NCBI GenBank assembly: GCA_934256595.1
Contig: CAKQOW010000004.1
Coordinates: 988-64,987 of the forward strand
Direction of reading: 5' to 3'
Length of the DNA: 64,000 nucleotides
Source: an uncultured Clostridia bacterium
GTDB taxonomy: Bacteria > Bacillota > Clostridia > Peptostreptococcales > Anaerovoracaceae
Positions 27,545-36,532 of the stretch are shown piece by piece. A program made the translations under genes and the position numbers. The notes beneath the pieces were generated by a model that searched no databases, was not told where the DNA came from, and saw nothing but the letters and a program-made list of their open reading frames with translations. Every line of letters begins with the position of its first letter. Position 1 is the stretch's first letter.

Positions 27545-28087
27545 ATGCTTACAAATGATTATGTGCTGTTTGCAGCAGTATTTGCTGCAGCAGGAGGAAT
27601 ACATATAGGGCTTGCGATAAAGAAAAAACAGCTTGCTAAGGACAGAATTATTAATATGGTTTTCAGATGGGCCTTTGCGGGATATCTGTGCTTTATAGCA
27701 GCAGTTACGCTGTTTCCGATAACACTGCCGCCTTACAAAGAGACCTTTATAACTCCGTATATAAATCTGGATCCGGGTATGCTTTTCAGATATGGTGATG
27801 CCTATCATATGATTGTAAATATAGCGGGTAATCTGCTCCTGTTTGCTCCGGGTGTAATACTGGGCAGGCTTTGCAGAATTAAAGTGCTTGAAAGCTGGCA
27901 GAGCACGCTTGCGGCAGGAGCGGTTACCTCAGTTCTTATTGAGGTATTGCAGTATTGCGAAACTGTGTGGGGATTTAGTGATGTGCCGAGGATTTCGGAT
28001 ATCAATGATGTGGCGCTGAATATCGCAGGGGCGGTTATAGGCTGGTTTGTATTCAGGCTGTTTGACAAAAGGAAAAAATCTGCTTAG
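27545..28087 (+). CDS. VanZ family membrane protein
   Basis: VanZ-like motifs (FPITLPP, GNLLLFAPG, DINDVALNIAGAVIGW). Confidence 0.75.
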   Translation: MLTNDYVLFAAVFAAAGGIHIGLAIKKKQLAKDRIINMVFRWAFAGYLCFIAAVTLFPITLPPYKETFITPYINLDPGMLFRYGDAYHMIVNIAGNLLLFAPGVILGRLCRIKVLESWQSTLAAGAVTSVLIEVLQYCETVWGFSDVPRISDINDVALNIAGAVIGWFVFRLFDKRKKSA

Positions 28088-28125
28088 GTTTAAAAGGGAA
28101 AACACAAAGGGAAAGGAAAGCTGCT

Positions 28126-28635
28126 GTGACAAAGAAAAAAGCTGTGGTAATAGGTATTGCTGCTGTGTTTGCAGCAGCAGCGCTGGTGCTGTGTAATATC
28201 GGATATTCATCGTATGAATGTGACAGACTGACTCCCGCAGAAGTCTCTGAAATCAGCGAAGACTATAACGAGGAAGATGCGGTAACTGTAAGCTTTGCGC
28301 TCAAAAGACATATTTCACCGAAAGGCTGGGGATTTAAGAAACAGGTGGTATTTGAAGAAAAGACAGCATTTTATATGGACAGCAGAAGCTATGATGACTC
28401 CAGACTATATAATAAGGGGATAAAGTACGGCATATATAAAGATGCGCTGCTTACAGAGCCTGTTGCGGAAATTGATTTTGACCGCGCAGGAGATGAGGAA
28501 AATGGAGAATACTGCATGACGCATATTAATACCGTTTTGGAGTCGGGTGTCTATTACATTGGAATAACTGCAAAGATGATGAATGTAAGTCCGTTTTCAT
28601 TTGCTGCAAAATATTCATATATTTATGATGAATAG
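28126..28635 (+). CDS. Membrane-anchored hypothetical protein (GTG start)
   Basis: N-terminal TM segment KKAVVIGIAAVFAAAALVL. No family was recognised. Confidence 0.5.
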   Translation: MTKKKAVVIGIAAVFAAAALVLCNIGYSSYECDRLTPAEVSEISEDYNEEDAVTVSFALKRHISPKGWGFKKQVVFEEKTAFYMDSRSYDDSRLYNKGIKYGIYKDALLTEPVAEIDFDRAGDEENGEYCMTHINTVLESGVYYIGITAKMMNVSPFSFAAKYSYIYDE

Positions 28636-28666
28636 GGACAGAGAGCGAACATATTGCAATCAATGC

Positions 28667-28801
28667 AGAAGAAAACGGTTGAATAAGCTGTAGTGAAATG
28701 ATAAAATATACAGCAGGGAAACCGTTTAAAGCGGTTCGAAAATTTAAGGGTTAGTAAAACCGCCAAATCTTCGGCTTGGCGGTTTTACCTTTTGTGGTTA
28801 T
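28667..28801. repeat. Direct repeat copy 1 (about 135 bp), carries the small-RNA promoter and terminator
   Basis: About 85% identical to 29002..29140. Both start AGAAGAAAAC.GTTGAATAAGC.GTAG.GAAATGATAAAATATACAG.AGGGAAACCGTTTA.AGCGGTT. Confidence 0.85.
28714..28790 (+). ncRNA. Candidate antitoxin small RNA convergent with the toxin ORF
   Basis: Promoter TTGAAT (28679-28684), 17 nt, TATAAT-like TAAAAT (28702-28707). Terminator AAAACCGCCAA-atcttcggc-TTGGCGGTTTT (28756-28786). The 3' end overlaps the toxin stop codon (28785-28787). A second copy has its promoter at 29014-29042. Confidence 0.45.
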
Positions 28802-28862
28802 CCCTCTGAATGATTAATCCGATAACCATAAGTATGATAACCAGAATTTCATAATCATTCAT
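28785..28862 (-). CDS. 25-aa hydrophobic peptide MNDYEILVIILMVIGLIIQRDNHKR, candidate type I toxin (holin-like toxin type)
   Basis: AAAGGAGAA SD 6 nt upstream. The peptide is a single TM helix with a basic tail. Its 3' end overlaps a convergent small transcription unit. It is below the ORF-track size cutoff. Confidence 0.55.
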   Translation of the reverse strand: MNDYEILVIILMVIGLIIQRDNHKR

Positions 28863-29001
28863 AGGCGTTCTCCTTTCAAAAGTCTGAACCGCCTTAAGCT
28901 CCCTCGCTGTATAAACATATTATAGCGAACATACATTTCCAAAACAATGGTAATAGTATAAGTTTTAAAAATTAATTTGAAAGAGTAAGAAACAGCGACT
29001 T

Positions 29002-29140
29002 AGAAGAAAACAGTTGAATAAGCCGTAGCGAAATGATAAAATATACAGTAGGGAAACCGTTTAGAGCGGTTTGAAAATGTTAGATTGATAAAACCGTCAA
29101 GTCTTTGACTTGGCTGGAGGTTTTACTTTTTGTGGTTATT
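29002..29140. repeat. Direct repeat copy 2 (about 139 bp)
   Basis: See copy 1. On the minus strand only the last 6 codons of a toxin-like ORF remain (..NNHKK*). Confidence 0.85.
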
Positions 29141-29262
29141 AGGCATTAAAACCGTCAGGCGATTATACCTGGCGGTTTTAATATGCAAATTTTTTCAGAT
29201 TACCTCTTGACACATAATACTATGCGTTATATAGTATTATGTGAAAGGGGGTATTTATATAT

Positions 29263-29583
29263 ATGTTAAACCCACAGATGAAACGAGGACTTCTTGAGGT
29301 GTGCGTTCTGTCGGCGCTCAGCAGAGAGGGCTCCTACGGATACAAGATTATCAAGGATATATCAGGCTGCATTGAGATATCCGAGTCTACACTGTATCCT
29401 ATACTTAAACGACTTGAAGGTTCCGGAATGGTTACGGTCCATTCGGTGGAGCACAACGGCAGACTGCGAAAGATTTATGAAATCACAGACAAGGGACGAA
29501 GTCAGATTGATGATTTCATAGATGACTGGCACGAGATTGAAGCAGTATACGAATATATAAAGGAGGGAAAGGGACGTGAATAA
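29263..29583 (+). CDS. PadR family transcriptional regulator
   Basis: LEVCVLSAL....YGYKI, STLYPILKRLEGSGMV, R(K)IYEITDKG. Confidence 0.9.
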   Translation: MLNPQMKRGLLEVCVLSALSREGSYGYKIIKDISGCIEISESTLYPILKRLEGSGMVTVHSVEHNGRLRKIYEITDKGRSQIDDFIDDWHEIEAVYEYIKEGKGRE

Positions 29584-30172
29584 GGAGACGTTTTTAAAAG
29601 CGCTGGAGGACAGGCTCTTCCAGCTGCCTGATGAGGAGAAGAAACAGCAGGTGGATTATTACAGAGAGGTGCTTGAGGATAAGATAGAGGACGGTATGAG
29701 CGAAGATGAAGCCGTTGCAAGCTTTGGTGATATTGACAAGCTGGCAGATGACATACTTCAGGATACGCCCCTTGCCACACTGGTTAAAACAAAGGTAAAG
29801 CCCAAAAAAGGCTGGACGCCGGCGGCCATAGTTCTGGCCGTTGTCGGCTCACCCGTATGGGTGCCGATTGCAATTGCGGTGCTTGCGGTTGTGATTTCCA
29901 TGTTTGCAGTATGCTGGGCAGTTATAGTCAGCATATTTGCGGCGGTACTTTCCATAGGTGTCAGCGGAATATATCTGCTGGTTAAGGGATTTACGCTTGC
30001 AGGTATGGGATTTCCATATATACTGCTGACACTGGGCAGCGGCATCACACTGGCGGGACTGTGCCTGTTTGCATGGCTTGGCGCCAGAATACTGGTAATC
30101 TGGATGGTTCAGTTTACTAAATGGCTTGCAAAAGAAATCAAGGGAATATTCATCAAAAAGGGGGAACGCTAA
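29576..30172 (+). CDS. DUF1700 (HAAS-type) membrane protein (GTG start, 8-nt overlap with padR)
   Basis: N-terminus FLKALEDRL..LPDEEKKQQVDYYREVLEDKIEDGMSEDEAVASFGD, followed by 3-4 TM helices. Confidence 0.8.
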   Translation: MNKETFLKALEDRLFQLPDEEKKQQVDYYREVLEDKIEDGMSEDEAVASFGDIDKLADDILQDTPLATLVKTKVKPKKGWTPAAIVLAVVGSPVWVPIAIAVLAVVISMFAVCWAVIVSIFAAVLSIGVSGIYLLVKGFTLAGMGFPYILLTLGSGITLAGLCLFAWLGARILVIWMVQFTKWLAKEIKGIFIKKGER

Positions 30173-30173
30173 A

Positions 30174-31028
30174 ATGAAAAAAAGTACAAAAATAATTCTG
30201 CTTACAGCAACCGGCCTTGTGGCCTTTGGAATAGTACTTACCGTTGCAGGCGTTATAGCGGGAGCTTCATTCAAAGAAATATATCACGGCGGTCTGTGGA
30301 ACCATGTATATTATGAAGAGGAATACGACAACAGCTTCAAAAGCAGCGGGGTTTACGAGGTAGACAGTGAGAATATAGACAAAATCAGCATAGACTGGGT
30401 ATCGGGAGATATCGACATAGTGCCTTATGACGGTGACAATATCGTTATGAAAGAAACCGCCCGCAAAGAAATCACAGACGAAAACTGTCTGAGATACAGA
30501 GTAAAAGACGGAGAGCTTTCGATTAACTATACAACAGGCAAGGTTGCCGTAAAATTTGGCGACACAGGGGATGACATCAACAAGAGACTTCAGGTAAAGG
30601 TTCCTAAAGCGCTTGCAGACAGCCTTAACAGTCTCAGTATTGACAGCGTATCATCGGATATTACCGCAGACGGCTTTGCAATTGACAGTATGTATGTGGA
30701 CGTTACTTCGGGAAATACCAGGCTCTCGGATATGAAAGTAAAGCATTTTGAAATCGATATGATATCAGGAGATTTAGAAGCTGCATTTACAGAATGTCCT
30801 GAGGAGCTTGATGTAGACAGCACATCAGGAGACAGCACCGTATATCTGCCGGCAGGCAGCGGATTTACATTAGAATTTGACGGCGTATCGGGAGAATTTA
30901 TAACAGAATTTTCACCTCTGAAAAATTCAGATGACGATTATGTTGTGGGCGACGGCAAAAACAGCTTCAGTGTCGATACGACCGGCGGTGATTTCACAGT
31001 AAGGATAAGCAAGACAGCAAATATATAA
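30174..31028 (+). CDS. DUF4097 family beta-strand repeat protein with N-terminal TM anchor
   Basis: Repeated xSGDxxx units (VSGDIDIV, VSSDITA, TSGNTRL, ISGDLEA, TSGDSTV, VSGEFIT, TGGDFTV). The ATG at 30174 comes directly after the DUF1700 stop. Confidence 0.8.
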   Translation: MKKSTKIILLTATGLVAFGIVLTVAGVIAGASFKEIYHGGLWNHVYYEEEYDNSFKSSGVYEVDSENIDKISIDWVSGDIDIVPYDGDNIVMKETARKEITDENCLRYRVKDGELSINYTTGKVAVKFGDTGDDINKRLQVKVPKALADSLNSLSIDSVSSDITADGFAIDSMYVDVTSGNTRLSDMKVKHFEIDMISGDLEAAFTECPEELDVDSTSGDSTVYLPAGSGFTLEFDGVSGEFITEFSPLKNSDDDYVVGDGKNSFSVDTTGGDFTVRISKTANI

Positions 31029-31289
31029 AGTTTGTGTAGCAGTTGATATAAAACTGCTACATTTTTTATACGCACATTACAGCAAGTTTGTAAAAATATG
31101 CGACCTATGTATAAAATTTAGTGCAAAAACATCTAAAAAACTTTACTTTTCAACTGAAACTAGTATAATTAGTATGTGTCTTTTTTTGTATAATACTTTA
31201 GAATTAGAGCAGAAAAGACATATGGGTTTTATGCCGCTAATCAACAGGCGGCATTATTGACTTAAAACAAATTTTAGGAGGAGTAAAAA

Positions 31290-32513
31290 ATGAAAAAGAA
31301 AATCGCTCTTATTTTATCAGTAGTGATGATTCTTGCATTAGCATTCAGCGTTACAGGCTGCGGCGGCGGCAGTGATGCAGAAGGCGTTAATGTAGAAGGC
31401 GATACTATCAAAATCGGTGTGTTCGAACCTACTACAGGTGAAAACGGCGGCGGCGGAATGCAGGAAGTTCTCGGCGTACGTTATGCAAACCAGCTTAACC
31501 CTACAGTAGAGGTTGGCGGCAAGACTTACAACATCGAATTAGTAGAAGTGGACAACCAGTCAGACAAGACTGCGGCTGTAACAGCAGCTCAGCAGCTTAT
31601 CAGTGACGGAGTTGTAGGCGTTCTCGGATCATACGGTTCAGGCGTTGCTATCGCGGCAGGAGATACTTTCAAGACTGCAGCAGTTCCGGCAATCGGCTGT
31701 TCATGCACAAACCCTCAGGTTACATCAGACAACGAATTCTATTTCAGAGTCTGCTTCCTTGATCCGTTCCAGGGTACTGTAATGGCTAACTACGCAGCAG
31801 ATCAGGGATACACTAAGGCAGCAGTTATCGCTCAGAACGGTGACGACTACTCAACAGGTCTTGCAGGATACTTCAAGACTGCATTTGCAGACCTTGGCGG
31901 TGAAATCGTAGCTGACGAAACTTACAACACAAACGAATCAGACTTCAACGCTATCTTAACCAAGGTTAAATCAGCAGACCCTGATTGCATATTCATCCCT
32001 TCATCAATAGCAACTGCTACATTAATTCTTCCGCAGATTACTGCAAACGGAATTGATGCGCAGGTACTTGCAGGCGATACATGGGAAAACGCAGCAATCA
32101 TCTCAAAGGATATGGTTGGCGCTGCATTCTCAACTTTCTTCGATGAAAACGACGAATCAAACCCTGTAGCTGTTGAATTCGTAAAAGGCTTCAAGGAATA
32201 CTTAAACAGCAGCAAGCAGAACCTTACATGGAACAGCGGAACTGATACAGTAGCTGCAGTTTCAGCATTAGGTTATGATGCTTACATGGCTATGTACAAT
32301 GCAATCGCTGCATTAGATGGTGATACAGTTAACTCAGTTGCAATCAGAGATGCTCTTTACAATGTAAACTTTGACGGCGTAACAGGAAACATCACTTTCA
32401 ACGATACAGGCGATGCAAACAAGGATACAGCTTACATCAAGACTTGCACAGACAAGTCATTAAAGAGTAAGAGCTTTGAATTCTTAAAGACTCAGACTGT
32501 AGAAGCTAAATAG
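31290..32513 (+). CDS. Branched-chain amino acid ABC transporter substrate-binding lipoprotein (LivJ/K family)
   Basis: Lipobox LAFSVTGC. Peripla_BP_6-like sequence. It precedes livHMGF. Confidence 0.85.
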   Translation: MKKKIALILSVVMILALAFSVTGCGGGSDAEGVNVEGDTIKIGVFEPTTGENGGGGMQEVLGVRYANQLNPTVEVGGKTYNIELVEVDNQSDKTAAVTAAQQLISDGVVGVLGSYGSGVAIAAGDTFKTAAVPAIGCSCTNPQVTSDNEFYFRVCFLDPFQGTVMANYAADQGYTKAAVIAQNGDDYSTGLAGYFKTAFADLGGEIVADETYNTNESDFNAILTKVKSADPDCIFIPSSIATATLILPQITANGIDAQVLAGDTWENAAIISKDMVGAAFSTFFDENDESNPVAVEFVKGFKEYLNSSKQNLTWNSGTDTVAAVSALGYDAYMAMYNAIAALDGDTVNSVAIRDALYNVNFDGVTGNITFNDTGDANKDTAYIKTCTDKSLKSKSFEFLKTQTVEAK

Positions 32514-32696
32514 TTTAACTTATACAATCTTTGATTATCAGAGCGTGGAGGCTTCTGCCTCCTCGCTTTACGTCTTATTAGCTTGCTAAGATTTGCGAAT
32601 CAGCAGTATTGCAGGTTAATAAATCTTAGCAGGCACATGAACTGACCTTGTGACCTGCAGGTAATTATATGTTTTTTTTAAGGAGGCTTACAAACA

Positions 32697-33584
32697 ATGA
32701 CATTAACAGTATTTTTACAGTATTGTTTGGCAGGCATTTCAATAGGGGGTATATATGCCCTTATAGCTATCGGATATACAATGGTCTACGGTATACTTCG
32801 CTTAATCAACTTTGCTCACGGCGATATCTTTATGATGGCCGCATATTTTATGATATTTGCAATGGTTGATTTTGCAATTCCGTGGTATATATCAATGATA
32901 ATAATGATTATAGCTACAGTAGTGCTGGGTGTTATCATCGAGAAGGTCGCATATGCGCCTCTTCGCAGCGCACCCCGCATGTCGGTTATGATTTCAGCTA
33001 TAGGTGTGTCATACCTGCTGCAGAATGTGGCTACATACCTGTTTTCAGCGCTGCCGAAATCATATCCGTCAATTCCTGTTTTAAACAAGACTATTCATCT
33101 TGGCGATGTATCAACATCATTAGTAACATTCATAACTCCTATCATTACCATAGGATTTGTACTGCTTCTGATGGCTATGATTAAATATACCAAGGTGGGT
33201 ATGGCAATGAGAGCTGTTTCCAAGGACTTTGAAACAGCGCAGCTTATGGGTATCAAAATCAACAGCGTAATATCACTTACATTTGTAATAGGCTGTTTCC
33301 TTGCGGCTGTAGGCTCAATGCTTTACTTTACGCCAAGACCGTCAGTTTATCCTCTCGTGGGCTCACTTCCGGGACTCAAATGCTTCATAGCTGCAGTATT
33401 CGGAGGAATAGGCAGCATACCGGGAGCCCTTGTGGGCGGCTTTGTAATCGGACTTTCCGAAACATTTATCAAAGCAGCGGGATATTCTGAATTCAGTGAT
33501 GTATTCACATTTATATTATTAATCGTTATCTTAATGGTAAAGCCGACAGGACTGTTTGGCGAAAAATTGGCGGAGAAGGTGTAG
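32697..33584 (+). CDS. livH: Branched-chain amino acid ABC transporter permease
   Basis: YALIAIGYTMVYGILRLINFAHGD motif. About 8 TM helices. Confidence 0.9.
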   Translation: MTLTVFLQYCLAGISIGGIYALIAIGYTMVYGILRLINFAHGDIFMMAAYFMIFAMVDFAIPWYISMIIMIIATVVLGVIIEKVAYAPLRSAPRMSVMISAIGVSYLLQNVATYLFSALPKSYPSIPVLNKTIHLGDVSTSLVTFITPIITIGFVLLLMAMIKYTKVGMAMRAVSKDFETAQLMGIKINSVISLTFVIGCFLAAVGSMLYFTPRPSVYPLVGSLPGLKCFIAAVFGGIGSIPGALVGGFVIGLSETFIKAAGYSEFSDVFTFILLIVILMVKPTGLFGEKLAEKV

Positions 33585-33587
33585 ATT

Positions 33588-34670
33588 ATGTCAAAGAAAA
33601 CAAAAACAATCTGTACTGCAGCTGCACTTGTAGTTCTGGCTTTACTCATAGTGATGTCCGAAAACTCCGGCTCAATGCTTCGTTCGGTACTGCAGTATGC
33701 GGCAATCTATGCTCTTGCGGCAGTATCCATGAACCTGCTTAACGGATTTACGGGACTGTTTTCACTCGGTACGGCAGGATTTATGGCGCTGGGCGCATAT
33801 GCCTATGCGGTAGTTACAATTCCTGTATCCAAAAAAGCTACGGTATATTATCTTTACGGTGTTGCAGACTGGCTCAAAAACGTAGAGCTGACACCTATGA
33901 TAGGCCTTATAATCGGCGGACTTGTTGCAGCGCTGTGCGCATTTCTCATAGGTCTTCCGGTATTAAGATTAAAGAGTGACTACTTTGCAATAGCAACACT
34001 GGGCTTTGCGGAAATCGTTCGTATAGTAGTGGGAAGCTCACCTCTCAACAAGGTTACAAACGGTTCTCTGGGTATGAACAACATTCCTAAGTTTGAGTCC
34101 TATTACACTACATTTATTGTTGTAATTGTATGTATCGCAGTATGCGTGCTCCTTATAAACAGCTCCTACGGACGGGCTTTCAAGGCAATCAGAGAAGATG
34201 AGATAGCAGCCGAAACAATGGGAATAAACCTTGCAAAGCACAAGAGAATGTCATTTGTGGCAAGCTCGTTCTTTGCAGGCATTTCAGGCGGACTTCTCGC
34301 AATGTATCTGGGAGCAATAACTTCAACAACATTTAATATCAATATTACATATTTCGTTCTTCTTATCATCGTAATCGGAGGACTGGGCAGCATCACAGGC
34401 AGCATCATATCCTCAGTAATCGTTGTATTTGCAAGAGAATGGTGGCTGAGATTCTTAGACTCGGCTACATATATAGGCGACTGGCAGATACCGTTCATCA
34501 GAACAGGCTTCAGAATGGTAGTGTTCTCTGTTCTGCTTATGGTTGTAGTACTGTTCTGGAGACAGGGCATTATGGGCCAGAAAGAATTCTCATGGGACGG
34601 AATATATAACTTCTTCAAGAGACTGGGCAGGAAAAAATCCAGGGGAAAGGGGGAAGCGGCAAATGACTAA
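33588..34670 (+). CDS. livM: Branched-chain amino acid ABC transporter permease
   Basis: [33 protein letters not shown]. Confidence 0.9.
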   Translation: MSKKTKTICTAAALVVLALLIVMSENSGSMLRSVLQYAAIYALAAVSMNLLNGFTGLFSLGTAGFMALGAYAYAVVTIPVSKKATVYYLYGVADWLKNVELTPMIGLIIGGLVAALCAFLIGLPVLRLKSDYFAIATLGFAEIVRIVVGSSPLNKVTNGSLGMNNIPKFESYYTTFIVVIVCIAVCVLLINSSYGRAFKAIREDEIAAETMGINLAKHKRMSFVASSFFAGISGGLLAMYLGAITSTTFNINITYFVLLIIVIGGLGSITGSIISSVIVVFAREWWLRFLDSATYIGDWQIPFIRTGFRMVVFSVLLMVVVLFWRQGIMGQKEFSWDGIYNFFKRLGRKKSRGKGEAAND

Positions 34671-35502
34671 GGAAAACATACTTCGCATTAACGATGCGAC
34701 TATGCAGTTTGGCGGTGTTGTTGCCGTAAACAACCTTAACCTTGAGGTAAACAAAGGTGAGATTATAGGGCTTATAGGACCAAACGGAGCAGGCAAGACT
34801 ACAGTATTCAACGTAATAACAGGTGTCTATGCTCCGACCAACGGCGCCGTTGACTTTGCGGGCAGGAGAATTATCGAAAACCACCCGCGCGGCAAAATGA
34901 AAGAACTTTACAAAGGTGAAAACAAAGGAGTCTACAAAGAAAGAACAGAGCTTACACCGGATAAAATAACAAGACTGGGTATGGCAAGAACTTTCCAGAA
35001 CATCAGACTTTTCAAGGCGCTTACGGTATTTGACAATGTACTCATAGCAATGCATATGAGATCCAAAGCGAATATATTTTCGGCAACTTTCAGATTAAAT
35101 CACAAGGAAGAAGCTGAAATGCGAAAGGAAACAATGGAGCTTCTCAGGATATTCGGACTTGAAAGAAACAAGGACGATGTTGCAAGCTCACTGCCATACG
35201 GCAAACAGCGTCATCTTGAGATAGCAAGAGCCCTTGCCACAGAGCCGAAGCTTCTGCTGCTTGACGAGCCTGCGGCAGGCATGAACCCTCAGGAGTCAGA
35301 TGAGCTGATGCACCTGATCAAAAAAATCAGAGATGAATTTGATCTGTCAGTTCTTATGATTGAGCATCATATGCAGGTGGTAATGGGTATATGCGAAAGA
35401 ATTTATGTACTCGACTACGGCAGGCTGATTGCAGAGGGAACTCCTTCAGAAATACAGAATAACCCTAAGGTTATAGAAGCATATTTGGGGGTGGACGACT
35501 AA
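34663..35502 (+). CDS. livG: Branched-chain amino acid ABC transporter ATP-binding protein
   Basis: Walker [10 protein letters not shown]. The LivG-specific insertion. [13 protein letters not shown]-terminal VIEAYLG. Confidence 0.9.
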   Translation: MTKENILRINDATMQFGGVVAVNNLNLEVNKGEIIGLIGPNGAGKTTVFNVITGVYAPTNGAVDFAGRRIIENHPRGKMKELYKGENKGVYKERTELTPDKITRLGMARTFQNIRLFKALTVFDNVLIAMHMRSKANIFSATFRLNHKEEAEMRKETMELLRIFGLERNKDDVASSLPYGKQRHLEIARALATEPKLLLLDEPAAGMNPQESDELMHLIKKIRDEFDLSVLMIEHHMQVVMGICERIYVLDYGRLIAEGTPSEIQNNPKVIEAYLGVDD

Positions 35503-36212
35503 TGTTAAAAATAGAAAATCTACACGTATATTACGGCGGTATACACGCGCTGCAGGGAATCAACCTTGAAGTTCCCGACAGACAGATAATATCGCTTATA
35601 GGGGCCAACGGAGCCGGCAAGAGCACAACTCTCAAGGCTATAATGAGCCTTGTGTCAAAGCCTGAGGGCCACATAGAATTTGACGGTGTCGACATCACCA
35701 AGATGGAAACCAGAAACGTAGTAAAGCAGGGCGTTGTACTCTGCCCTGAGGGAAGACGTGTGTTCCCTGACCTTACAGTTGAAGAAAACCTTGTAATGGG
35801 ATCATATCTTCGTAAGGACAAAGACGGCATCAAAAAGGACAAGGAATGGGTATACGAGCTGTTCCCTAGAATGAAAGAAAGAGAATGGCAGATGGCAGGT
35901 ACGCTTTCAGGCGGTGAGCAGCAAATGCTTGCAGTAGGACGCGCACTTATGACAAAGCCTAAGCTTCTGATGCTTGACGAGCCGTCACTGGGTCTTGCGC
36001 CGCTGATTATCAGGGATATATTCTCAATTATAACTGAAATCAAGGAAGCGGGCGTAAATGTGCTTCTGATAGAGCAGAACGCAAAAGCGGCTCTTGAAAT
36101 TTCAGACCACGCATATGTAATGGAAACAGGAAGAATAACCCTTGAGGGCACAGGACAGGAGCTTTTGAATGACCCTAGAGTGCAGCAGGCATATCTGGGC
36201 GAAGCAAAATAA
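35502..36212 (+). CDS. livF: Branched-chain amino acid ABC transporter ATP-binding protein
   Basis: GANGAGKST, LSGGEQQMLAVGRAL, LMLDEPSLGLAP, VQQAYLG. Confidence 0.9.
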   Translation: MLKIENLHVYYGGIHALQGINLEVPDRQIISLIGANGAGKSTTLKAIMSLVSKPEGHIEFDGVDITKMETRNVVKQGVVLCPEGRRVFPDLTVEENLVMGSYLRKDKDGIKKDKEWVYELFPRMKEREWQMAGTLSGGEQQMLAVGRALMTKPKLLMLDEPSLGLAPLIIRDIFSIITEIKEAGVNVLLIEQNAKAALEISDHAYVMETGRITLEGTGQELLNDPRVQQAYLGEAK

Positions 36213-36437
36213 ATATACGGATACGGCCGGAGTTTTAAAGCTCCGGTTTTTTCTTTGCTCTCAAGGGTTAAAAAAAATATAAGAATTAATAACGGGACAT
36301 AGTAATATCGCTGTGTCCTTTTTCATATGGTATATAAGGACAACAGGAGGCCACAACACATTAGTTCTGTTTTTTCGACAATAAAAGCATATTAATAATA
36401 GTTAAAATTATCACAAATGCAAATTTTCAGAGAATTA

Positions 36438-36467
36438 TTGACAATTGTCTACAACTCAAAATATAAT
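36438..36467 (+). promoter_or_regulatory. Promoter of the permease gene, with a 10-bp perfect palindrome over the -35
   Basis: TTGACA (36438-36443), 18 nt, TATAAT (36462-36467). The palindrome GACAATTGTC lies at 36440-36449. AATTGTCT is repeated at 36469-36476. Confidence 0.5.
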
Positions 36468-36532
36468 TAATTGTCTGAACTCACCGGTTCAGGCAATGGA
36501 ATATTTTTTTATTTTATTAAGGAGGTTGTGCT

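Noticed and set aside
28667-29140. The repeats could be a CRISPR array or a tRNA-like element (GGTTCGAA at about 28733)
   Set aside because: There are only two about 135-bp copies with an about 200-bp unique interval, not short regular repeats with spacers. The GGTTCGAA match has no acceptor or anticodon arms around it.
31225-31260. Hairpin ATGCCGC-N10-GCGGCAT upstream of the Liv binding-protein gene as a riboswitch or attenuator
   Set aside because: It is a 7-bp stem without a following U-tract or recognisable conserved motif. The evidence is insufficient for more than a note.
35531-36151. 206-aa minus-strand ORF inside livF. Similar long antisense ORFs occur at 2884-3516, 6497-6919, 7923-8549, 26395-26862, 60349-60900, 61003-61413 and 63029-63622.
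   Set aside because: All lie opposite strongly supported enzyme or transporter genes. They are Ser/Pro/Ile-rich shadow frames without ribosome-binding sites.
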